Below are positions 12,175 to 24,500 of a DNA stretch of 64,000 nt, piece after piece (position 1 is the stretch's first letter; each line of letters opens with the position of its first letter). A program made the position numbers and the translations under genes. Below the pieces are notes generated by a model. That model did not search any database. It saw only the letters and a program-made list of their open reading frames with translations, and had not been told where the DNA came from. Source of the stretch: Curvularia clavata (lineage: Eukaryota); the NCBI GenBank assembly GCA_023920165.1, contig CP089275.1, positions 2,976,001 to 3,040,000 on the forward strand, written 5' to 3'.

Positions 12175-13524
12175 TTTCGTTGTTTTGGTGGTTCGTTGCT
12201 CGAGGGAAGCGATCGTTTGCGACTGACTCGGACAAAAGGGTATATCGAGCCAAGCAAGCGAAGGAAACAAATGGCGGAAAAAAAAAGTAACGATTGTCGA
12301 AATCTCGTAAGGGGGATACGCTGAATTTTGGGCTTTGTCAATCCGCCAGGGACTGATTTGTTGGGTCGTGTGTCTAACCCAACGACTTGCCGGAAGTCAG
12401 ATAGGCTTCGGTGCTATGCGTGCCGATCACCAACTGCCGCTCAGTTGGTTAAGGAAAAATAAATAATCACCGCACACGGCCCGTATATGGCAGATTGACG
12501 AATTCTCCAGGAATCGTTACTCCTCTCTAACTTGCGCCTTCCACTTCGCTTTTTATATGTACTGACGCCCGCGCGTCCTTTTTCTTGGCTTCTTGTTGCC
12601 CACTTATAGTCCGTTGTGTCATATACCTTCCGTGCACCAACTCCACTCTCGACCCTCAGTGACCTGCCTCATTCTTAATAAACTTTATGCCTACAAAATC
12701 CCCATGTTTCACACACCCCTTTTTTTTCTTTGCGCATCTGTTTCTGCGCTACTTTCCACTGCTAACATGGGTAAATAACGTTGAGTTCTTCCACCGGGCC
12801 GTTTGGTAAAAGGCGAACTATATATTTATCGAACTAAATTATCGCTGCACATAAGCATGTGGCTCCGGCCTGCGCCGTCGGTCGGTCGCATGCAGAGGAC
12901 GAAAGCGTAAAATGCGCCGTAGATGGGGGAAAAGGGAAATTAAGGCGATATGATGAGATTTAAGACGTGGAGTAGACGAGGATTCGAGTGCGGATGTGGG
13001 GGAAGGGGGCGCATAGATTGCTGTCGATCTGCGATGATGATGTGCATGCCTGTAGAATCTCATTTCGTTCACATTCCTCTTTTGGTATCTTTGGACCGGG
13101 AGGAGATTTTGACGCGCTTCTCTTGTTTACCTGCCTGTCACGTCTCAGAATGGGAAAAGTGTTGGTGTTCAAACATGCGGTGCGCGTCCGTGGAAGGCGC
13201 TTAGAAGAAATACTGAAGCTAATTTGAGATGACAAGGGAAACTGTCATGTTTCTAAATACGACTCATGCAGCACAGAAAAGCAACACAAAAGAAAACACG
13301 CGCACTACCTTGATGAGAAGCGCGCCTTAAATTCTTACTCATTTCAATGCAAAGCGATTGCGAGCGGATTACCAGCCGCGCCTAAACTCCGCCATGGACT
13401 GAAGCAAGTTTTAAAAGTACATACATACATGCATACCCAAGTATCAACTCTAACGTCTAGACTGGCGCAGCATTTCTACTAAGATCTGCCAGACCTCAAC
13501 CTGCGCTTCGGCCTGTCTGCACAA

Positions 13525-15132
13525 CTAGTAGTCAAATCGATCTGGCAGCACAAGCGGAGCCACCAAGGTCCACGTATAGATGCCGTAACAGACCCAGGCA
13601 CTGATGATCTTAGCCCAACTGGCCCAGTAGGTGCGACCAACGGGCACGAAGCTGCCAGACACGTCTTTCTCGTCAAAGTTTGTAGTGAGCAGAGTAGCGA
13701 CCCATGTGGTGCTGAGGAAGAAGATGATGTGGAACAGGGTGTAGTTGTACTGTGTGGCATGGCGCTCATCGTCACGTGGGTTCTTCTTGTTGGAGGGCTC
13801 GTCATCCTCATCGTCGCTGTCAGAGTCATCGAGTGCTGAGGCAGGTAGGGAACCAGACTCTATGGCGGCTCGGAGTGCAGCCTGGCGCATCTCACGACGA
13901 GACTCGGGCTGCTGGGTAACAAGGCCATGTTCGTAGTCCTCAGTGCCAACTTGGGCGTAGCCATTTCCGTGGGGGTTGCCCTGGGCACCAAGAGCGAGGC
14001 CATATGTCGCTGCACGAGTGGTGGTGTATGCTACGGTGACAAAAGTGACAATAGCGCCAATGACAATAGTCGCCTTGCGGGTACCACGAGCGCGAATAAG
14101 CGGGTTGCATTGATGATCATCGGGTTCCATGCCTACGGCAGACATGGTGAGGTAGGTGCAGTAAATGGCGACAATGGCAGATTGCGCAAGACCGGCGCGC
14201 GGGTTAACATCCTGTACCGCAGGGTGGATGGAAGCCACAGAAGAGATCAAAAGCAAGATGAGGTTAATCTGCAAATGTTAGTTGTGCTTTACATTGTGGC
14301 CAAGACTGGACGTACCGTAATGGCTGCCTGGTTCATTCCGCATCCACTCTTGGCAAAGTAGATGTACATGACAATTGTCATGGCAAATGAAGCAAGGTAC
14401 ATGAACATGGCGCTGCCGACGAGCATTCCAGTCCAGACGCGCGACTCGGTGGTCTCAATCTTTTCCTGGCAGTACTCGGCCCAATTGTGCGCCAGGTCCA
14501 CAAGCAGAATCAGTCCGATGAGAAGGAACAGGCATGCGCCGACCATGGCAAAGTAGTTACCCCACACGATGAAGAACGAGTTTGGGATGAAAAAGGTAAG
14601 AACGATCATGCCAATCCAGCCAAGAATCTTGGGCAACCAGAAACCGTTTTGTATAGTCGCACGCGGGTCCTTGGAAGTCTGCACTCCGATGAGCATCAGG
14701 GCCATGATGACATGGAAAAAGCCGAGCGCAAAGTTGATGCGCTGCACCGCGACGTATCCATAGCACTCCTCGCCGAGGCACTTGATGTCGACGTAATCGA
14801 GGGTGAGGTGGGCCAGCTTCTTCATAGCCCAGTCCGTGAGCATGATCCATGAAACAATCGAGTTGACAAGGAGAATGAGCGCGTATGCGATACGGGTGGC
14901 GATGCTGCAAACGATCAGTACATGCGCAATACAGCTATGCATCTCCACTCACCTGTTACCGCACTTCCCTCCGCAAGAGCCCATGACAGCGCTACATGTT
15001 GCAGCGCCACAGCAGGAGGCGGCGAGGCTCCAGACCTGGCAACGTTAGCAGCGCGCAACAGAGACGAGGCGCGTGACGTACTGTGCCCATGGCGGGCATG
15101 GCCATGAAAGGGACGGATAGTAATGCGCCCAT
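13525..15132 (-). CDS. TMS1: Serinc/TDE family membrane protein (Tms1)
   Basis: MGALLSVPF start, Cys-rich SCCGAATC exon, IATRIAYA, CYGYVAVQRINFALG, IQNGFW, YNYTLFHIIFFL, WTLVAPLVLPDRF; several GT-AG introns. Confidence 0.9.
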
Positions 15133-15548
15133 GATAGTGGTGGTCCCTCGAGTCGCGTATGGGGAGGTGGTGTGGTGTGGAGAATCTGGAGAAGAGGCAC
15201 GAGGGCGAGGCCGGTGACGTTCCTGCCCAGCAGCCGCTACAACGCCAAGCCCGCCAGCCCATCTTATCTCCGACGGCTGTCATTCATGCATTCAGCCTCA
15301 ACACTCCCATCCTCACGTATATGTCTGTTGGTCGAGCGTCAAAGGACTCGCCTGGCTGTTGAGCAACTAGCGCTGTAGGCTGTGTACACGCTGCACCTTG
15401 CTTTCATCTTATCTTCTTCTGTACATCTTTACCGCGCCCCTGGCTCGCCTCGGCTGAACAAGTGCCGACTATCAGCATTGCGCAACTCGTTATATCCCGC
15501 ATTTCATGACCTGCAAGCTGCAATAACACCTCTCCTCCACTGGCCAAG

Positions 15549-17419
15549 ATGGTCGGCGATGCGGTCCCTCTCACGCACAAAAAGACGCGTATCACATCTG
15601 TTGTCGCTGCCACTGCAATTGCGCTAGCATGTGGTACAAATGTACGGCTTTGTCACTGATAACGACCACGATGCTGACGACACTCAGTATGCCTACTCAG
15701 CGTGGGCGCCGCAGTTCGCCGATAAGCTTCAACTCTCTGCAACCCAGAGCAATATCATAGTACGCTGCTCCTAGTCCGATACAGGATGTATACCCTTTCT
15801 TACAATGCTAGGGAACCGCCGCCAACCTAGGCATGTATGCGGCTGGCATACCCATGGGAATCATAACGGATCGGAAGAGCCCAAGGCTTGCTGCTGTTGT
15901 TGGCATGTTTGCGCTCTTCGTGGGTTATTATCCAATCAAACTTGGTATGCCACCTCGGTCTTGGTTGCTTGGATCGTGTTTGACTGTTGCCAGCGTATGA
16001 TGGAGGTCCCGGCTATATGAGTGTGGCTCTAATATCCTTTTGTTCTTTCTTGAGCGGCGTGGGCAGCTGTGCTGCCTTTCAAGCCGCTTTGAAAACCGGT
16101 CCGTTGACTCTCAACTCCTCGTGGATCAATACTGACTGGAATCAGCAACTCTCAACTGGCCAACCCATCGTGGATCGGCAACGGCATGTCCGCTGGCTGC
16201 TTTCGGACTGAGTGCCTTTTTCTACACACTCATCGCCGGCATTGCGTTCCCGGGGAACACCTCCGGACTTCTCACGATGCTGTCTTTCGCAACTTCGTTT
16301 CTCGTACTCGTATCAATACCCTTCCTCATTGTTGTTGACCACAAAACTGGCACTGGTTATGCTGCAGTACCCACCAATGATCGCCCCAGACGCGACTCCA
16401 ATGTGCTCCACACGACAAAGCCCAGCGGCGTCAAGTACAAGTCCTCTGCTCTTCCCCAAGAGGAGATCAGTAAGCAGCCCTTTTCTTACCCATTCATGCT
16501 TCCTTCCCCTGTCACCTGCCAACCACTTCTAGCAGCCGAAGAAGAACAGGACGGTCCTTCGACCGAAGTATCATCCCTCCTGTCGTCTGGGCCTGGCGAC
16601 ATTGTCGACGATGACAGCGACGCCAAAAGCAAGAAGTCGACTCACTCTTCGACAGATATCACTGGGCTAGCCCTGCTGAGCAAACTGGAGTTTTGGCAGC
16701 TCTGGGTCCTCATGGGCCTCTTGTCGGGGGTTGGCCTCATGACCATCAAGTATGTTCACTTATGTCTGCGTGCTATTGTTATCGCTAACGTGATTAGTAA
16801 CATTGGCCACGACGTGCAAGCGCTCTGGAAACACTGGGACCAGGCCGTCACTGACGAATATCTCGCCCACCGCCAACTGTGGCACGTGTCGATAATCTCG
16901 CTTTGCTCTTTCCTGGGACGACTATCTTCTGGTATCGGTTCAGATTTCATTGTGAAGCGGTTGAACCACTCGCGCTTCTGGTGTGCTGCAATTGCGGCCA
17001 CAATCTTTGCTTTTGCTCAAATGGCGGCGACCCAAGTTGAGAACCCCCACTTTTTGTGGGCTGTTTCTGGGCTTTGTGGTCTGGGGTATGGTGTCCTGTT
17101 TGGCGTTTTCCCAGCACTGGTTGTGGATGCTTTCGGTCCAGATGGGTTTGCGGTCAACTGGGGGTTCATGACTCTTGCGCCTGTGGTCACCGGCAACATC
17201 TTCAACTTGTTTTACGGTGCGGTATACGACTCCAACTCCGTGGTGGAGCCCGATGGCCAGCGTGGCTGCGAACTGGGACTGGCGTGTTACCGTACCGCAT
17301 ATTATGTCACCCTCACTTCAAGCGTGTTGGGTATTTTTGCATGTTTCTGGGGAATCCACGGCGAGCATTCCAGGAAGATGCGGGAATTAGAGGAACACGA
17401 GGGCCACCGGGATGTGTGA
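15549..17419 (+). CDS. MFS transporter, Mch1/nodulin-like
   Basis: Spliced LACGTN/YAYSAWAPQFADKL, ATLNWPTHRGSATACPLAAFG, EFWQLW, SFLGRLSSGIGSD, NWGFMTLAPVVTGNIFNLFYG; multiple TM segments and about 5 introns. Confidence 0.85.
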
Positions 17420-18202
17420 TTGGAAGATTTGGTTCATTTTGATTCGTGAATATTCCCCTAGATATAGACATTAGAAGACCTGGTGGGCGTTGCATACTTG
17501 CAGATTGCTGCAAAGATATCATGTTACATTTTACAACCTTACAGTCCAATTGCAACTTTGACGGAAAACATTCGTACCATTCCGGGGTCTATGAGATGCG
17601 CCGCTATTTTCAATTAATACCATAGTCGGTGCCTGGGCTGATCTCACACCAGAGAATTATGAAGATGGCATTGATTGAGAGTCGGTCCCTGCTTTGTGGC
17701 GGCGAAAGCCTGCACAATCACCTATACTCCTTAGGTGTAGTGTCTCTGCATAAGCCCAAGTCACGGCATCCTGGCAAGATCGACAAGCCTCTTCTATTGC
17801 TTCGCAAAGGGTTCGACAAGACATTCCAGGACCGCGTCACCGACGCGTACGTAACTTCGAGTTTACTATACTGAACTGATTCGGAACGCGTAGTCAAGAC
17901 AGACTACTGCGGGGCGAAGAGGATTACACAGCGCGGGATTAGCGCATGGCACGCGACCCCGCCAAAGCCGCCCGACGCCCTGCATATTGGTTTGCTGCTG
18001 CTGCTGTGGCTGTGCAGGTGGCGACGGCCTGACAACCGCCCGATCACTCCATTGTCTTCTGGTCCTCGAGTCCTCCTCCTCTTCTCCCCCTTTGGTCGGG
18101 AAGCGACAAAATATATTTCTTCAACTTTCACCCTTTCTTTGCGTTCTTTCTCTGCAACATCACCTCACACAGCAGCGCCTGCTGTTCTGGTAGTTTGCGA
18201 AG

Positions 18203-19502
18203 ATGCCTGCGCCACTGGCCAAAGGTGAGTGACACGCTCCGCTCTCCACTTATGCACGCCTTCCGTCGTGTTCCCCATATGGGCCACGATAATTCTCCCT
18301 GTCCTCCACATCTCCTTCGTATTTCCTAGTCTTCTGCCAACCTGCTTGCAGGCAACGGCCCACGCTCCACCTCCCCTAGCCGCGGAGCTGCCACCCCACC
18401 GTACCGTCCTAACCACCCCTTGACATCAGGCCTCATAATCGCCGCATCCGTTATTGTCGCCGCCGGAATCGCCATCTACGAGTCTCCCCAGGTCCGACAA
18501 TGGGCTGACCAAACTCGCCGCAAGATTGCTATCGCGCTGCATAACCTTGGTGACGACATTCAGCCTCGTCGCCCTAGTGAATCATCGGATGATTTCGAGG
18601 ACCGGAAGCGGAGGAGAGAGGAACTGATCAGGAGGAATAGAAATGAGCTTATCAGGAGAGCGAGAGAAGAGGGAATTGCTGTGGATCTAGACGAGCTGGC
18701 TAAGATTGGGGCTGAGACTGCTGAGGTTGCCGCGAAGAGATCCAGGGCCGATCGGAGCAAGAGCTTTGACGACATGGTTGGCAGCGACGGTACATTGAAG
18801 AACAAGGCAAACACTACTGGAACAGACACTGCGAAGCACGACATCAGGAGACGCGGAGCTGCCGGATTTGCTGCCGGCTCTGCTGCGGCTGCTGTTCTTG
18901 CAAACCCTTTTGACGACGACGCGACTCTACTGGATGACAACCACCACAACGAAACACCTTCCCCGGAACCTTCCGTCTCTAAAGAAGCCGACACTCGTGA
19001 GAGCTCTGCGACTATCGAGGCTGATGCCGTCTCCATCCCGCCTACCGGTGCCCTCGTTGACCTGACGCCCGCTCCCGAAACTTCTTCCTCTCCCGCGCCT
19101 CCCCAACCCGACGAAGCAGACCAAGCTGCCCAGTCTTTCTACTCCTTCACCTCCGCCGACTCGCACCCACCCGTCCCGCGACCTGAATCACCCATCCCCC
19201 TCTCCACCGGCACCCTAACCCCCCGCTCCGACCGCTCTATGACCCTCGCCTCTGCCTCCTCCCCCCGCCCAGACCACGACATCCTCAGCATGCAAAATGA
19301 CACTGACCACGATGCTCGCTCTGAAATCTTCTCCGAGGGTGGCTTCACAGATGCTTTTTCAGAGGGCGGTTTCAGTGAGTTCGAGGCTGAGAGCAGAACC
19401 GGTATCATGACGCCGAGTGAGTGGTCGCATATCGGCAGTGATGATGACAGTGAGTGGGGTGGTGCCACGGGCGGGAATGGACATGTTAGTCAGCTGCATT
19501 AG
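18203..19502 (+). CDS. Fungal hypothetical protein with N-terminal membrane anchor and acidic disordered tail
   Basis: Exon MPAPLAK(G) 18203-18224, intron 18225-18429 (GTGAGT..CTAAC..CAG), then GLIIAASVIVAAGIAIYESPQVRQW in a long open frame. Confidence 0.75.
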
Positions 19503-19892
19503 TGCTTGACTGCCTTCTTTATTCCTTTCTTCTGCTGTTTTTAGCTATGGGGAATTTCTTCTCGCTTCTTCGTGAGGCTGGAGAGGAAGATGTTGCGTTG
19601 TTCTCACTTTGGATGCATAAAATGGTTAAATTATCTCATACTGGGGGGGTCTTGGGTCTGGCGTTTTGGGCATTTTTCTTTCCTTCCCTATGTTGTTTGG
19701 GCTTGGTAGGGATGGCACAGGTTAGGTATAGGTATAACATGGCTTGGAGAAATACATGCGCCTGAAGTAGCTGGCCTTTTTCCACTATCGATGGGTTTAT
19801 TTGACAGTGGGGTTCGATGGGTTCTTGAACAAGTGATAGCGTGACTGGTTTTGCGGAAATACGAACGTGAACCTAGTAGCGAAGAGAGGGAT

Positions 19893-20011
19893 GAAGGTAG
19901 AAATAGAAGTAAAGGCGAAGGCAAAGGTAGAGAAAAGGTAAGATAGAGGTAAAAGTAAGGAAAAGGTAGAGGTAGAGGTAAGGTAGAGGTGAAGCTAAAG
20001 TGAAGGTAAAG
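19893..20011. repeat. Degenerate purine-rich hexamer tandem repeat (consensus ~RAGGTA)
   Basis: gaaggtagaaatagaagtaaaggcgaaggcaaaggtag...aggtagaggtagaggtaaaggtagaggtgaag with 6-nt periodicity. Confidence 0.7.
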
Positions 20012-20822
20012 CGGAGTATATATGGCACGTAAGAGCAAATACAGCTACTAGGCAAACACAAACCACGCTAGTTTGCGTTTATGCATATGAACGGACAGCA
20101 TCACCTTCACCTCGCGCAGCTGGGCATGCCACTAGCTGGCTATGTTAGTGCTAACGCCGAAACATAGTCCCTGCCTAAACCTGTACAACCTTTCCTCCTA
20201 CAATACATTTCAACGTTTCAACCCGTCGATACTCCATTGCGCGACAGTCAACATACACCGTCGTCTCGACTAGATTGATATATACCAAATTTCAGCTTTT
20301 ACATCATAATATAGTACGCGAACCTTGAGTGGCCTAAAATGACCTTTTCTGGATCCCTACTCACCCACATCTAGTACAGCCGGAAAATCAAAAACGAGCT
20401 CACCTACGAAGACAACCTATCGTAAGTGATAAATAACTCTCAAGAGTAGGGTGGCTTAGTAAGCTGTACGAGAGCCCCATGTTCCCATGCATTACCGGCA
20501 TTAGTCTAACACTCCTAGATTACTCGGCCTCATCAGACACGTTGGCACATGAGCGCGCGAAACGCGCAGTCGAAGTAGTGACTCAAGCTTCGAGTTCTGC
20601 GTTTTTGAACCAAGGAACTTGGTACGTATCTAGATGAACCCTGGCTACATTGGGATTATAGAACGCGGGCAATATTATAACTAATGGTAATGAATGTGTG
20701 CTCGACACTACAAAGACTTGCCTCCCTCTCCCCGTCCATCCCAGAGCACCAATAGCAATACTAACAGCAGCAGCAGCAGCAACACTATCAAGGTCGCTTC
20801 TCCAGAACTGCCGACTGCCACC

Positions 20823-21152
20823 ATGTCCGATAACCTGAACGATGAAGAGTATGCCGCACTCCAAGAGCATAGGCTCATCGAACGGATCAACCCAAACCAA
20901 CGCAAGATCAGCTCCAGTTACCTGTCACCACCAGCCTCTTCAGCAGGCAGTCCCTCGAGCTCGGCATCTTCGGTCGGGCGCAAAATCTTTGCAAGCTGGG
21001 CATCTCGGCCGGTGACTTCACCTGACTTGTTGTACCCTGCGTTGCCACTGAGCATAGCAACACTGGAGTTTATTGGCCTGAATCGAGATGCCCCGCACCA
21101 TATGATCGGAGCTGCTAAACGATCCCATCATACAGGACTCATTCATAGGTAG
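20823..21152 (+). pseudogene. Probable truncated gene fragment
   Basis: MSDNLNDEEYAALQEH...LYPALPLSIATLEFIG reads as protein-like, then degenerates and abuts the HET-like relic. Confidence 0.3.
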
Positions 21153-21169
21153 GTTTTTTGATAACGTAC

Positions 21170-21406
21170 TGCGGCTATCGCTGCGTTTAATGGTCTCTCG
21201 TGCCAGTCGTGTTGGTATGGTGTCAGCAAGCAACAAAGGGAGATTTGATCCGCGTACTATATGGTTATAGTGTTCCTTTACTACTGCGCAAACTTGACAA
21301 TTGTGAGGGATTTGTTTTTGTGGGAGAATGTTTTCTCGAAAACTACATGAATGGGCAAGCTCTAGATGAAACAGACTTTCTAGTGCAAATATTTTGTCTT
21401 CAATGA
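21170..21406 (+). pseudogene. C-terminal relic of a HET-6-like heterokaryon incompatibility protein
   Basis: GDLIRVLYGYSVPLLLRK...FVFVGECFLENYMNGQAL matches the GDxIxVLxGxxxPxxLR...VGECYxxGxMxGE tail of HET-domain proteins. No upstream HET domain or start is visible. Confidence 0.65.
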
Positions 21407-21541
21407 TAAGGTGGTTTTACTAGTGCAAATTTAACACTACATATTCACAAATGTAATAAGGAAAAGTGTTCCATGTAGCGTTGTGCAACTCCAAATCCTC
21501 ATCGCTCCAAGTCATCGTCTCGACTCGAAACACTACCTCGA

Positions 21542-24500
21542 CTAGATTGAGCACATGCCTCCTCTCAAGTCATCCACAATATCGAGCTTGCTCTTCACCG
21601 GTCCCAGACTATCGTATTCTGACTTCTTCATCCCTCGCCTCGATTTCGCCGCACTCCTGAACCCACCCCGTCCTACTCCCGCACCAGCAAGAGCGCTAAA
21701 GACAGTCATGAAAGCGTTGTCTGGATCCTTAACTACGCCATACACGGTAACTGCAACGTCTCCTACCGTGCCGATAAGCCTGGCAATGGTTCGGATGGCA
21801 GTGAGGCCGGCTGCGGCTTCGCCAGCAAAAGGAATGAAGAACAGGAGACCCATGATGAAGTTGAGGATAAACTCTTCGCGCTCCGCCTTTTTGATTTCAT
21901 CGGCCTTTTGTACAATCTTCTCCATAGCTGAGATGGCTTCCTCGGTAGAAAAGGCTGGTAGCGACATCGCATCGACGAGGTCGGATTCGGTGATTTGCTC
22001 GTCCCAGATACCTGCAATCGCCATGTCTTGGAAACGGTACAGCATATCCTGGGCCTTTGGGTATGAATCGCCAATGATATCCTTGGGGTTGTAGATTTTA
22101 ACCTTGTCTCCGTTCATCAAGGGGTAGTTCTTGAAGTAGTTGTTGTTCCATTCGATGCAGTTCTTGACGTTCTCGCCGGCATACTGACAGCCGTTGTTGA
22201 TGCGCATCAAGCGCTTGCCCATCATGATCCACTCTTTTTCGATGCCCCAGGTCTCGGCGAGATCGTTGTAAAAACCATTCTCATCCTTCAAGGTGAAAGT
22301 TGCGTTGGGAATATAGTCGCTGCTGATCGTGCCTTTCTCAAACTCCATCTTAGGACACTTATCCATGGGATACTCGCCCTTTCCGCCCTTGCAATCGGAT
22401 CCCTTGATGCAATTCTCGATACAGGTAGCATATCGGCAGTCCTTGCAGCACGTTCCTTGATTCTTGTAATCCGAGCAACTGAAGTACTTGTCAACTTTAT
22501 CGCTTGCCATGAAGTTGTTGATCTGATCGGGAATCTGGTCCTTCACGTATTGGGCATAGATCTTGAACTTGTCGTCATAACCCTTGTCGACTAGATCCTT
22601 GTACTTCTTGAGTGCTCCATCGAGAACGGATATCTGGACGTCTGTGATGTACTGCTCCATGCAATGGCTGGGAATCGATCCTTTGCGGTCTTTCAACTGG
22701 TCCAGCGAGTTGTACTGGCCCTCGCAATCAGCCCAGTAGTTTTCGTCGATAGGCATTTCGTAGTCCTCGGGCTCATCCGTTCTATGATGGATTAGCAATG
22801 TTCAAAGTGACAGTTGGTAGAGAACTTACCCATGCCAATCTTGCAGATCCACTGCCCAGTCTGTGGTTCCGGCGAAGTTGTACGAGTCATAGAACTTCGA
22901 TCGAGACTCCTTCATATCGTTGTCCATCCAGGCGACCCACTCTGTGTTATTAAAGACCATGATGTTTGAACCTTCCTTTGTGTATTTCTTGTTGACGTTA
23001 CCCGTATCAATGATCTCTTGAATCTCGGCGTTGGAAATGTAACCACCGGTGTTGGTGCATCGGCCTTTGTAGGCATCGGAAACTCGAGGCGATCCAGTGA
23101 ACAAACAGCTCTCGCCGTCACATCCAGCTTGTGCCATCTTGAACGACCGACCATAACTGGAAACGCCGACGACCTGTATATATGTCAGCGTGATTGTCTC
23201 TATGTCACCTGCCACAATATTGCTTACCACTTTGCCGGAGTCAGCTCCAGCTTTAGTAATCATTGAGAGCGCGTCCTTAGTCTCAGTCTCATTGACATGA
23301 GATCTCAAGCAATTTCCGGTCTCACATCCGGGTGAAGTCCATTTGTTACCATAATCCCATTGGCCGTGCAGATCGTACGTCATGTATACGATGTAGTCGA
23401 GGGCCTTGGCCATATCCTTGATAGGGAAGGATCTCAGGTACCAGTATGATGCGGGTGCAGCAAACGAGACCGACTTGGAAGATCCAAAGGAAGTCTTGAG
23501 GCTAGAAAGTAGACGGTAATAGTTGACACCATTGACAGGGTCATCTTTCGGAATGTCAGGAATGTCAGGAGCCTAGAAGTCATCATGTCAGCATGTTCAT
23601 AATAGCGATTGATCAGATACTTACTCCGGGGTATTCCCAGTCAAGATCGACTCCATCGAGCCCATGCTCGTTAACGAAGCTGATGATGTTGTTCTTGAAC
23701 GTGTCGCGGTTGGCTGGTAGAACGGCCTCACGTAAGATCTGGAAGGTTCCAGGCTCAGTACTGAAAGCCCAACCACCAAAGGAGATGATTCTTTTGACGT
23801 TTGTGAGCTTTTTGAAGCTTTCAAACTCCCTCAAAGTCTGCTCATCGGTAATTTCAGGCTTGTATGTTCCTCGCGTAACGTTTGCGAAGGCAAAATGAAC
23901 GTGCGTGTACCCCTCGGGAACGGATGTGACTGGCATGTTCAAGCATGGACGATTGTAATTCCAGCTCTCGTAGTATGCGATTTTGATCTTTTTCGCCGGT
24001 GCGGTACCTTTGATGATGTCTCTACCGCAGTTGCTGATACCTAACGACAGTCAGTATGTTTTGTAAAGTACAGATGGGGCGAGTTACATACATCCGTTCT
24101 TGCCAGGGGCAGATGTTCCCGGAGCACCAGTTTCAGACTTGCTCACAACGCAAAAGTCGTCTGTCATACCACACTGGCCCCAGACGTTGCAGCAAACGTT
24201 CAATGGACAAGGGTTTAGCATGCTGATGTTGAAAGACCCGGATGGCTGTACGGTTCCATTCTTTGTGGGTCCGCAGACAGCGTTCTGTGGCGTTGTGCAT
24301 TAGCAAAAGAAGTAGGTATGCAAGCGTGAATGGAGAAAATCATACCGGAACAATGGCCGGCATGGGTGGTGTGCCCTTGCTGACACACATCAAAAAGTTC
24401 TCATAGAACACCTCCGGTTTGCAGCCATTCCAACCCCAAGTGTTCTTGTTGAATTCCATAAGATCGTCAACGGTGAGATCGCGAGCGACGGCAACCTTCG

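Noticed and set aside
21555..22094. 179-aa plus-strand ORF antisense to the chitinase tail (possible antitoxin)
   Set aside because: Explained by codon bias of the opposite strand; no independent coding signal.
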